Program-made: the position numbers and the translations under genes | The notes under the pieces: generated by a model | What the model was told of the DNA's origin: nothing | The model's database searches: none | The model's input: the letters and a program-made list of their open reading frames with translations, nothing else | Shown: positions 7,396 to 16,400 of the stretch, piece by piece | Position numbering within the stretch: position 1 is the stretch's first letter | Layout of the letters: each line of letters opens with the position of its first letter | Source: an uncultured virus (IMG/VR IMGVR_UViG_3300001784_000008) | Lineage: Duplodnaviria > Heunggongvirae > Uroviricota > Caudoviricetes | Length of the DNA: 20,000 nucleotides | Reading direction: 5' to 3' (one strand) | IMG/VR virus record: IMGVR_UViG_3300001784_000008

Positions 7396-10300
7396 ATGGC
7401 AACGCTGCGCGAGCTGATAATCAAAATTTCCGCGAACTCTTCTTCTTTCCAGTCAGAGATCAGTCGGGCATCCAGGATGGGAACGGATTACTACCGCACT
7501 ATGGAGCAGGGCGGGAAAAAGGCCGCAGCGGCCACGCGCGAAACTCAGCGCTCCCTTGCGGATCTGAACTCTCAACTTGCAACAGTTAAGTCGTCTGCTG
7601 CTGGTCTGATCGGAACTTGGGCGGGTGTTTTTGCAACGCATCAACTCATTGCTTATGCGGATACATGGAATCAGTTGAATGGTCGCCTTCGTCTGGCGTC
7701 CTCTTCTAGTGAGGATTACGCTGAGTCACAGCGGGTTTTGATGCAGCTCAGCCAGCGCACCGGGACATCGCTTGAAGCGAACAGTAACCTTTACAGCCGT
7801 ATCGCTCAGTCGCTCCGGGATGCCGGTTATGCTTCATCAGACGTAGCAAAGGTGACGGAAACTGTTGCAACTTCACTGAAGTTATCTGGAGCCAGCACTG
7901 AGGAGGCCAGCTCTGTTATTACTCAGCTTAGTCAGGCTCTTGGTTCTGGTGTGCTGCGAGGGGAGGAGTTTAACGCCATTATGGAAAGTGGCGGAAGACT
8001 GGCCAAACTTCTTGCTGATGGTCTTGGTACGACTGTCGGCGGTTTGCGAAATATGGCAAACAACGGAGAACTGACCACAGATAAGATCATCCCACTACTG
8101 ACTAATGTTGAAATTCTCCGCAAAGAATTCGACACCCTTCCGGCCTCAATAAGTGGTTCGTCGCAAAAAGTACAAAACGCCTTTCTTGCCTGGGTTGGTG
8201 GGGCGAATGATGCTGTTGGTGCATCTTCCGCGCTTTCCGGTGTACTGGATGGTCTGGCGAACAATATAGATGATGTGGCAAATACGGCTGGGCTTCTTGT
8301 AGGTGTTGGTCTTGCCCGTTACTTTGGCAATATGGTAGGCAGCATTGGCCTGTCAACGCGCGCAGTAATTGCGAATACATCTGCAGAAGTGGCCCTGGCA
8401 CAGGCTCAGGTTCGAGGCGCGCAGGTTAGTGTTGCTGCTGGACGTCAGGCAGTTTACCGAGCTCAGCAGGCGCGGGCGGCAGCAACCAGTCTTGAAGCAC
8501 AAATTTTGGCAGAGCGTAATCTGGCAGCAGCGCAGGCTTCGCTGAATACCGCCCTTGCTGGCAGGTCATCAGCAGTTAATAACCTCACCAGTACAGCTTC
8601 GGTTATGTCACGTCTTGGTAGTGGAGTGCTGGGTATTCTTGGCGGCTGGCCTGGCGTTATTATTGGTGCCGGTGCGGCCATGTATGGCCTGTATCAGCAC
8701 ACCCAGCAGGTTCACCGTGAAGCAGTGGGCTTTGCCAACAATCTCGACGAGATAAACACCAAACTACAGCAAATGTCAGTGCTGGGGCTTCGCTCGACAG
8801 CCGCTGATGCCCGTACATCACTACAGGCTCAAAAGCAGGATTTAGCTGATCTCGATTCTCAGATTGCAAAAGTAAAGGATAGCCTGAAAGCGGTTGACCA
8901 AATCCAGCAGGATTACAATCGTCACCCAACGTTGACCCTGATTAATACCTTCATGGATCAGGCCGACATCACGGCAAAAAATGTTGAGTTAACTGATAAG
9001 CTGAACCAGCTTGAGTATCAGCGTGAACAGGCTGCCTCAAAGGTTGAACAAACACAGAAGTTGGTGAACGAAGCCAGCGACATGGCAACGCAAAAGGCTA
9101 TCGAACAGGCAGGTGCCGTCTCAATTTTGAAAGGTGCGTATGACCTGCTTAACCGCTCAATGTCAGCGACCGCAGGCGCGAAGCCTCCACAGTATGCCGG
9201 TCCTGTTGTTTCATTGGCGAACGCAACACCTCAGCAGCAAACCGCACTGGAGCGCTCACGCCGCGATAATGAGTTGGCCAGCTTAAGTGGTTTAGAGAAA
9301 CTCCATCAGCAGCACGTCTACGAAGCTGAAGATCTGAAGCTGACTGGAGCGCTTTATACCAAGTACATCTACAACAAGGATCAGGCTGCCAAAAAGGATG
9401 CAGCAGCATCTGAGGCAAAAAAAACCTCTACCGCTGCATCGAATGCGCAGAGTAAAGCCGAGCGCGAAGCTGCAAGCACTGCCGAACAGTATTCCCGCAA
9501 GATGGCAGACCTCAGCGTTGCTATTGATGTGCAGCGAGTACGGGCAACTGAGGGTGAAAAAGCCTCAGAGCTTTATGCCGCTTCGCATCAGGCCGGTACT
9601 AAATGGACTGATGAACAACGACGCGCGATTCAGGCGTCATCAGCAGAGCTGGCAAAGTGGAATCAACTGGCTGATGAAAACGTCCGCAAACAGCGTGAGC
9701 AGGCCGATGCCCTGAAGGATTTGACTGAAGCGGCCAGAAAGTTCAGGGATGAAGCAACCCTGACGACTGAAACCGCAGGCATGAGTGATCGCCAGCGCAG
9801 CCGGTTCGACGAGATGCAACAGATTGACCGCGTTTTTGCTAAAACGGACGGCGGCACCGAAGCCATAGCACAGCGCGCCGCTGCCCTTGATGCTCTGGAT
9901 AAGAAATACAAGGCTATAGCCGCAGCTGAAGCGGATTGGATGTCAGGAGTATCACGCGGCTATGCCAACTGGTTCGATGAAATCAGTAACGTATCCGGTA
10001 CGGTTTCTGACGGGGTGAAAACCACACTCGACAGCGCGTTTGGTAACGTCACCTCAATGCTCGAAGGTAATAAAGTCAGCTGGAAAGCCTGGGGCGTCTC
10101 CGTGCTGCAGATCATCGAAAAGGTGGCCCTGCAGATGGCGGTCGTCAGCGCTATGGGTGGCGGTTCTTCAGGCTCTGGCATTCTTGGTTCACTGGTTGGC
10201 GGAGTTGCCAGCTATTTCGGCGGCGGAGCAGCAGGCGCAGCGGCCAGTACGGGCACTGCGGTTTCTAACTATGGCACTAACTTCCAGTTTAACGCTAAAG

Positions 10301-10680
10301 GTGGCGTTTACGACTCACCATCCCTGAGTGCTTTCAGTAATGGGATCGTCAGAAACCCTACCATGTTTGCTTTCGCAAAAGGCGGGGCCGGAATCATGGG
10401 TGAAGCTGGGCCGGAGGCAATCATGCCGCTGACCCGCGCGCCGGATGGTTCTCTCGGTGTCCGTGCTGTCGGCGGCGGTGGCGGCCAGGCGACTTCTTCC
10501 GCCCCTCAGGTCTATATCAACATCGATGGGAACGGCAACACGTCAACCCAAACCTCAGCGGGCCTGGAGCAATTCGGTGCGGAGATCGGCAAGTTTGTGG
10601 ATCAGCGGTACAAACAGAATCTCATGCGTGATATCCGCCCCGGCGGTGATATCTGGAATGCGACACGAGGAGGCCGCTAA
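7396..10680 (+). CDS. Tail tape measure protein
   Basis: 1094 aa, Ala/Gln-rich and helical; N-terminal tape-measure motif (QLSQALGSGVLRGEEFNAIME) and lambda-type C-terminus (NAKGGVY...MGEAGPEAIMPL). Confidence 0.95.
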   Translation: MATLRELIIKISANSSSFQSEISRASRMGTDYYRTMEQGGKKAAAATRETQRSLADLNSQLATVKSSAAGLIGTWAGVFATHQLIAYADTWNQLNGRLRLASSSSEDYAESQRVLMQLSQRTGTSLEANSNLYSRIAQSLRDAGYASSDVAKVTETVATSLKLSGASTEEASSVITQLSQALGSGVLRGEEFNAIMESGGRLAKLLADGLGTTVGGLRNMANNGELTTDKIIPLLTNVEILRKEFDTLPASISGSSQKVQNAFLAWVGGANDAVGASSALSGVLDGLANNIDDVANTAGLLVGVGLARYFGNMVGSIGLSTRAVIANTSAEVALAQAQVRGAQVSVAAGRQAVYRAQQARAAATSLEAQILAERNLAAAQASLNTALAGRSSAVNNLTSTASVMSRLGSGVLGILGGWPGVIIGAGAAMYGLYQHTQQVHREAVGFANNLDEINTKLQQMSVLGLRSTAADARTSLQAQKQDLADLDSQIAKVKDSLKAVDQIQQDYNRHPTLTLINTFMDQADITAKNVELTDKLNQLEYQREQAASKVEQTQKLVNEASDMATQKAIEQAGAVSILKGAYDLLNRSMSATAGAKPPQYAGPVVSLANATPQQQTALERSRRDNELASLSGLEKLHQQHVYEAEDLKLTGALYTKYIYNKDQAAKKDAAASEAKKTSTAASNAQSKAEREAASTAEQYSRKMADLSVAIDVQRVRATEGEKASELYAASHQAGTKWTDEQRRAIQASSAELAKWNQLADENVRKQREQADALKDLTEAARKFRDEATLTTETAGMSDRQRSRFDEMQQIDRVFAKTDGGTEAIAQRAAALDALDKKYKAIAAAEADWMSGVSRGYANWFDEISNVSGTVSDGVKTTLDSAFGNVTSMLEGNKVSWKAWGVSVLQIIEKVALQMAVVSAMGGGSSGSGILGSLVGGVASYFGGGAAGAAASTGTAVSNYGTNFQFNAKGGVYDSPSLSAFSNGIVRNPTMFAFAKGGAGIMGEAGPEAIMPLTRAPDGSLGVRAVGGGGGQATSSAPQVYINIDGNGNTSTQTSAGLEQFGAEIGKFVDQRYKQNLMRDIRPGGDIWNATRGGR

Positions 10681-10682
10681 CA

Positions 10683-11021
10683 ATGGCTATCGAAACTTTC
10701 ACCTGGTGCCCACGGATTAACGCTGAGGCTGATACAAATTTCCGCGTCAGGAAAGCGAAGTTTGGCGATGGATATGAGCAGGTTTCCGGGGATGGATTAA
10801 ACCCCAAAAGCCAGCAATGGACGCTCAATTTCACTGGTAATGAAGCCTACATTTTAGCCATCAGAAACTTCCTCGACAGGCATAAAGGAACGAAAGCCTT
10901 TCAGTGGAAGCCCCCGCTTGAGCCTTTGGGTATGTATCGTTGTGAAACGTATAAACCCACCGGGCTGGGGGCGGGAAAATTTAATCTTGAAGTAACATTT
11001 ATACAGGCATTCCGACCATGA
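10683..11021 (+). CDS. Minor tail protein M (distal tail)
   Basis: FGDGYEQ...GLN and FLDRHKGTKAFQWKPP lambda gpM-like motifs. Confidence 0.92.
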   Translation: MAIETFTWCPRINAEADTNFRVRKAKFGDGYEQVSGDGLNPKSQQWTLNFTGNEAYILAIRNFLDRHKGTKAFQWKPPLEPLGMYRCETYKPTGLGAGKFNLEVTFIQAFRP

Positions 11022-11773
11022 GTCTTTCCGCAGATTTTCAGAAGCTTGAACCTGGCGATGTGGTCAGGCTTTTCGCCGTGGATGGCACGGCATTTGGTAC
11101 CGGTGAAGTGCTGCGATTTCACAGTTACAGTCTCGCGCATACTGAAGCTGAAATTCTCGCAGCTGGCGGTGATGAAAATAAACTGCCTGCAAAATCAATC
11201 TGGTGGCAGGGTGAGGAGTACAAAGCCTGGCCATGCCAGATTGAGGGGATTGAAGCATCTACCAGTGGAAGCAGCGCGCAGCCAAAATTATCGGTGGCTA
11301 ATCTTGACAGCTCTATCACTGCGCTTTGCCTGGCATACGATGACATGCTACAGGCAAAAGTCAGTATCCACGACACGCTGGCGCAGTATCTGGATGCCAG
11401 AAACTATCCGGAAGGTAATCCCTCAGCTGATCCGACACAGGAAAAACTGAAGGTCTTTTATATCGATGCTAAAGCTACTGAAACGAATGAGGTGGTTGAG
11501 TTCACGCTTTCCAGCCCTATGGATTTGCAGGGGCTTATGATCCCCACGCGGCAACTTCATTCGCTTTGCACCTGGTGTATTCGCAATAAATACCGCACCG
11601 GCGATGGCTGCGACTATGCGGGTACTCGCTATTTTGACAAAAACAATAATCCGGTGAGCGACCCTTCACTGGATGAATGCAACGGAACACTTTCTGCCTG
11701 CAAACTGCGTCATGGTGAAGGTAATGAGCTTCCATTCGGAGGCTTCCCCGGAACGTCATTAATCAGGAGCTGA
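11018..11773 (+). CDS. Minor tail protein L
   Basis: WQGEEYKAWPCQIEG, C-terminal Cys cluster (CTWC..CDY..C..C; Fe-S binding in lambda gpL) and FGGFPG. Confidence 0.93.
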   Translation: MSLSADFQKLEPGDVVRLFAVDGTAFGTGEVLRFHSYSLAHTEAEILAAGGDENKLPAKSIWWQGEEYKAWPCQIEGIEASTSGSSAQPKLSVANLDSSITALCLAYDDMLQAKVSIHDTLAQYLDARNYPEGNPSADPTQEKLKVFYIDAKATETNEVVEFTLSSPMDLQGLMIPTRQLHSLCTWCIRNKYRTGDGCDYAGTRYFDKNNNPVSDPSLDECNGTLSACKLRHGEGNELPFGGFPGTSLIRS

Positions 11774-11774
11774 T

Positions 11775-12485
11775 ATGCGTCAGAAAACAATTGATGCGAT
11801 CATGGCGCACGCCGCAGCGGAATATCCTCGCGAGTGCTGCGGCGTGGTGGCGCAGAAAAGCCGGGTCGAGAAATATTTCCCCTGTCGCAACCTGTCATCA
11901 GAACCGACTGAACACTTTCACCTTTCACCGCAAGATTATGCTGCAGCAGAGGACTGGGGAACGGTGATCGCTATCGTTCACAGTCACCCTGACGCCACGA
12001 CGCAACCGAGCGAACTGGACAAAGCGCAATGTGATGCCACGTTGCTGCCTTGGCACATTGTCAGCTGGCCGGAAGGAGACTTGCGCACCATTCAGCCGCG
12101 TGGAGAACTACCACTACTTGAGCGTCCGTTCGTGCTTGGTCATTTCGACTGCTGGGGGCTGGTTATGAGCTATTTCAGGCAGAACCACGGTATCGAGTTG
12201 AAAGATTACCGGGTCGATTATCCCTGGTGGGAAAACGACTATCCGGACAACTTTTACCAGGATTGCTGGTATGAATGCGGTTTCCGTGAATTCGACGGGC
12301 CACCGAAACCCGGCGATATGGTGATCATGCAGGTCCAGGCTGATAAGTGGAATCACGCGGGAATTCTGCTGGAGGGTAATATGCTGCTGCACCATCTTTA
12401 TGGACACCTGAGTCAGCGCGTGCCGTATGGTGGCTACTGGCAGGAACGGACGATGAAGATTCTTAGGTATCATAATTTTATTTAA
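11775..12485 (+). CDS. Tail tip assembly protein K (JAB/MPN + NlpC/P60)
   Basis: YPRECCG, VHSHPD, DCWGLV and NHAGI...LLHH motifs. Confidence 0.93.
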   Translation: MRQKTIDAIMAHAAAEYPRECCGVVAQKSRVEKYFPCRNLSSEPTEHFHLSPQDYAAAEDWGTVIAIVHSHPDATTQPSELDKAQCDATLLPWHIVSWPEGDLRTIQPRGELPLLERPFVLGHFDCWGLVMSYFRQNHGIELKDYRVDYPWWENDYPDNFYQDCWYECGFREFDGPPKPGDMVIMQVQADKWNHAGILLEGNMLLHHLYGHLSQRVPYGGYWQERTMKILRYHNFI

Positions 12486-12534
12486 CAGACCGTTACTGTT
12501 AATATCGTTCCGTACACAGCAAGGAGAACGATAT
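12482..12534 (+). promoter_or_regulatory. Putative moron promoter/leader: extended -10 TGtTAATAT, palindrome TTAACAG-N7-CTGTTAA, and a hairpin covering the start codon
   Basis: TG-n-TAATAT at 12497-12505; inverted repeat 12482-12488/12496-12502; inverted repeat ATATCGTTC (12502-12510) / GAACGATAT (12526-12534). Confidence 0.5.
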
Positions 12535-12757
12535 GTATACAGTTGGTTTTGGTTGGGTCTTTATAGGTATTTTCATCGGTTTACTTCTCTGGTTCTTCAT
12601 CAATCGTGCAAGTGTCAGAGCGAACAGACAGGTTGAATTACTTGAATCCATTGACCAGAAATTATCGAAAATATTAGATCCAAACTTCGATATAAATAAT
12701 AAAGACCAGTCGAAAGAGAATTATCTTGAAGATGCAAGGAAAAAGGCTGGGCTTTAA
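12533..12757 (+). CDS. YebO-like small single-pass membrane protein (moron)
   Basis: AAGGAG RBS; LLLWFFINRASVRANRQVELLE closely resembles E. coli YebO as recalled (LILWFFINRASSRTNEQIELLE); AT-rich; inserted between K and I with its own terminator. Confidence 0.78.
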   Translation: MYTVGFGWVFIGIFIGLLLWFFINRASVRANRQVELLESIDQKLSKILDPNFDINNKDQSKENYLEDARKKAGL

Positions 12758-12768
12758 GAGCTACTAAT

Positions 12769-12793
12769 AAACCTCGCTACGGCGGGGTTTTTT
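12769..12793 (+). terminator. Intrinsic terminator of the moron
   Basis: AAACCTCGC-TACG-GCGGGGTTT followed by further Ts. Confidence 0.75.
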
Positions 12794-12808
12794 ATTGCCT
12801 GGAGAAAA
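12780..12808 (+). repeat. 29-bp direct repeat, copy 1 (terminator 3' arm + RBS)
   Basis: CGGCGGGGTTTTTTATTGCCTGGAGAAAA, identical to 17379-17407. Confidence 0.9.
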
Positions 12809-12809
12809 C

Positions 12810-13388
12810 ATGCAAGAAGTCATGATGCAAATTGAACTCAGCGGAGTTCTTGGTAAAACATTTGGTAAAACTCATCATCGATTAATCAGCACTACTCATG
12901 AAGCATGTAGAGCCTTAGCTGCGACCATCAATGGTTTTGAACAGTTCATGAACACCAGTAAGCAACGCGGCTTAACCTATGCTATCTTTTGCGGAAATAA
13001 AAATATAGGCGAAGATAATTTAGGGTTTCCTGTTACCGGGGATGTAATTCGAATTGTTCCGGTGATTATCGGGAGTAAAAAGGCTGGTTTGCTACAGACA
13101 ATCCTTGGTGCAGTGTTGGTTGTGGTTGGAACTATTACTTCCCCGTATGGTGGTGGCGTATTGATTGCACCTGGGGTTGCCCTTATGGCTGGTGGTGTTA
13201 TCCAGATGCTTTCACCGCAGGCTGCCGGACTTTCCAGCAAACAAAGTGCAGATAACCGTGCCTCTTATGCGTTCGGTGGAGTAACCAACACTGCTGCACA
13301 GGGCTACCCGGTACCGCTTCTTTATGGCCGCAGGCGGATAGGCGGCGCGATTATTTCTGCCGGAATTTATGTCGAAGATCAGCAGTAG
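12810..13388 (+). CDS. Tail assembly protein I
   Basis: ATG at 12810 after GGAG (preferred to the TTG at 12795); IRIVPVIIGSK and NTAAQGYPVPLLYG...GGAIISAG lambda gpI motifs. Confidence 0.92.
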   Translation: MQEVMMQIELSGVLGKTFGKTHHRLISTTHEACRALAATINGFEQFMNTSKQRGLTYAIFCGNKNIGEDNLGFPVTGDVIRIVPVIIGSKKAGLLQTILGAVLVVVGTITSPYGGGVLIAPGVALMAGGVIQMLSPQAAGLSSKQSADNRASYAFGGVTNTAAQGYPVPLLYGRRRIGGAIISAGIYVEDQQ

Positions 13389-13406
13389 ATAAAAAACCTT
13401 TTTTCA

Positions 13407-13430
13407 GGCCACCGTCGGGTAGCTTTTTTT
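13407..13430 (+). terminator. Imperfect terminator-like hairpin before J
   Basis: GGCCACC-GTCG-GGTAGCT stem with one mismatch, followed by a T run. Confidence 0.4.
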
Positions 13431-13441
13431 ATGGGCGCAAT

Positions 13442-16400
13442 ATGGCTACAGAAAAAGTGTTAAAGGGCCGCAAGGGCGGCAGCTCCAGTTCCCGCACTCC
13501 TACCGAACAGCCTGATGATCTGCAATCTGTCGCGAAGGCCAAAATTCTAGTTGCGCTTGGGGAAGGGGAGTTTTCAGGACAGCTAACCGGCAAAGATATC
13601 TACCTTGACGGAACGGCCCTGGAGAACGCTGACGGCTCACAAAACTTCAGCGGCGTGACGTGGGAGTTTCGCGCGGGAACTCAGGCACAAAAATATATTC
13701 AGGGTATTCCCGGTACCGAAAACGAAATCAGCGTGGGAACCGAGGTTTCAAGCGCTACAGCCTGGACGCGCACGTTTACCAATACGCAGCTTTCAGCGGT
13801 TCGTCTGCGCCTGAAATGGCCCTCGCTGTTCAAACAGGAGGATGACGGCGATCTGGTTGGTAATTCTGTCAATTATGCCATTGACATACAGACTGACGGC
13901 GGCACATGGACGACGGTGTTAAACACCAGTGTTACAGGTAAAACCACGTCCGGTTATGAGCGTAGCCACCGAATCTATTTACCTCAGGCTGGCAGCACCT
14001 GGACGATACGCCTGCGCAAGATTACCGCTGATGCAAACAGCGCAAAAATTGGCGACACCATGACGTTGCAGAGCTTCACAGAAGTGATCGACGCCAAGTT
14101 GCGCTACCCCAATACCGCGCTGTTATACATTGAATTCGACTCCAGTCAGTTTAATGGCTCTATCCCCCAGATTTCCTGCGAGCCGCGTGGCCGTGTCATT
14201 CGTGTGCCTGATGTTTATGATCCTGACACGAGGACTTACAGCGGCACCTGGACCGGGGCGTTTAAGTGGGCGTGGACGGATAACCCGGCATGGATTTTTT
14301 ACGATCTGGTGGTATCTGACCGCTTCGGTCTGGGTGATCGGCTCACAGCAGCAAACATAGATAAGTGGACGCTTTATCAGGTTGCCCAGTATTGCGATCA
14401 GCAGGTGCCTGACGGCAAAGGTGGCAGTGGTACAGAACCACGCTATACCTGTAACGTTTACATTCAGGAACGGAACGAAGCCTACACCGTATTGCGTGAT
14501 TTTGCTGCTATCTTCCGTGGCATGACGTACTGGGGCGGTGATCAGATTGTGGCCCTGGCTGACATGCCGCGCGATGTTGATTACAGCTATACGCGAGCTA
14601 ATGTTGTTGATGGTCGCTTCACTTATTCGAGCAGCACGACGAAAACACGCTACACCACAGCCCTGGTGTCATGGTCCGATCCGGGTAATGCCTACGCCGA
14701 CGCGATGGAGCCAGTATTTGAGCAGGCACTGGTTGCGCGGTACGGTTTCAATCAGCTGGAAATGACGGCTATCGGATGCACCCGGCAATCAGAAGCAAAC
14801 CGAAAAGGCCGCTGGGGCATCCTCACCAACAATAAAGACCGCGTTATTTCGTTCGATGTCGGCCTGGACGGAAATATTCCGCAACCTGGCTACATCATCG
14901 CCGTGGCAGACGAACTGCTGTCAGGAAAGGTTATGGGCGGTCGCATCAGCGCCGTTAACGGTCGCGTTATCAAACTTGACCGCGTGGCAGATGCAGCAGC
15001 CGGTGATCGCCTTATTCTCAACCTGCCTTCCGGCGCATCACAGAGCCGAACCATTCAGGCAGTGAACGGGGAATCAGTCACAGTCACCACGGCATACAGT
15101 GAGACGCCACAGGCCGAAGCTGTTTGGGTGGTTGAATCGGACGGGCTCTACGCGCAGCAGTATCGGGTTGTCAGCGTCTCCGATAACGATGATGGCACTT
15201 TCTCGATTACCGGCGCATGGCATGACCCGGATAAATATGCCCGTATCGATACCGGAGCCATCATTGACCAGCGGCCGGTGAGTGTGATCCCTCCGGGTAA
15301 CCAGTCGCCGCCTGCCAACATCGTGATCAGCTCGTTTTCTGTGGTTCAGCAAAATATCAGCGTTGAAACGATGCGCGTGAGCTGGGACCAGGCGCAGAAC
15401 GCTATCGCCTATGAAGCTCAGTGGCGACGTAATGACGGGAACTGGGTGAACGTGCCGCGTAGCTCCACCGCATCCTTCGATGTACCTGGGATTTATGCTG
15501 GTCGATATCTGGTACGCGTCCGCGCCATTAACGCCGCTGAGATTTCCTCAGGGTGGGGCTATTCAGAAGAGAAAACGCTGACAGGTAAAGTGGGTAATCC
15601 ACCAAAACCGGTTGGCTTTACTGCATCAGAAAACGTTGTGTTTGGTATCGAGCTGAACTGGGGATTCCCGGCGAACACCGATGACACGCTGAAGACGGAA
15701 ATTCAGTACAGCCTGACGGGGACTGAGGGCGATGCGATACTGCTGGCCGATGTGCCTTACCCGCAGCGCAAATATCAGCAGATGGGTCTGAAGGCAGGGC
15801 AGATATTCTGGTACCGCACGCAGCTGGTTGACCGAACCGGTAATGAATCGGGGTATACCGACTTTGTACGGGGGCAGGCCAGCATCGATGTTTCTGATAT
15901 CACTGATGCCATCCTGGAGGATATGAAGGGGTCTGAGACATTTAAAGACCTGATCGAGAACGCTGTGGACAGCAATGAAAAAATTGCTGATATGGCGGAT
16001 GACATAAAAAGTCATGCCGATGAGCTGGAGAAGCAGGCACTGGCTATTGCAGATAACGCGCAGAAGACAGGCCAGCTTCAACAGTCTGTTTCGTCTCTGG
16101 ACACGAAAGTCGATGGCGTGTCATCCAGTGTAAGCCAACTCTCGCAGTCTGTGGCCACGGCAGACGCTGCGCTTGGTCAGAGGATAGACAACATCAGCGT
16201 GTCTATGGATGGTATGACGGGAGGCGTGAAGAACTCGGCAATTGCGATTATTCAGAATGGACTGGCACAGGTGACTTCCCGCCGCTCACAAACCGTGACG
16301 AATGCCAGTAACAGCGCCAGTATAGACCGTGTCGATACTACGATTGCTGATGCCAGCCAGGCGGTTGCCAGCGCGCTGGTCACTCTTGATGCGTCTTCCG

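Noticed and set aside
12795..12809. MPGENM N-terminal extensions on gene I and on the tail fibre (17394)
   Set aside because: The TTG starts fall inside the duplicated terminator/RBS element; the ATGs at 12810 and 17409 have properly spaced GGAG.
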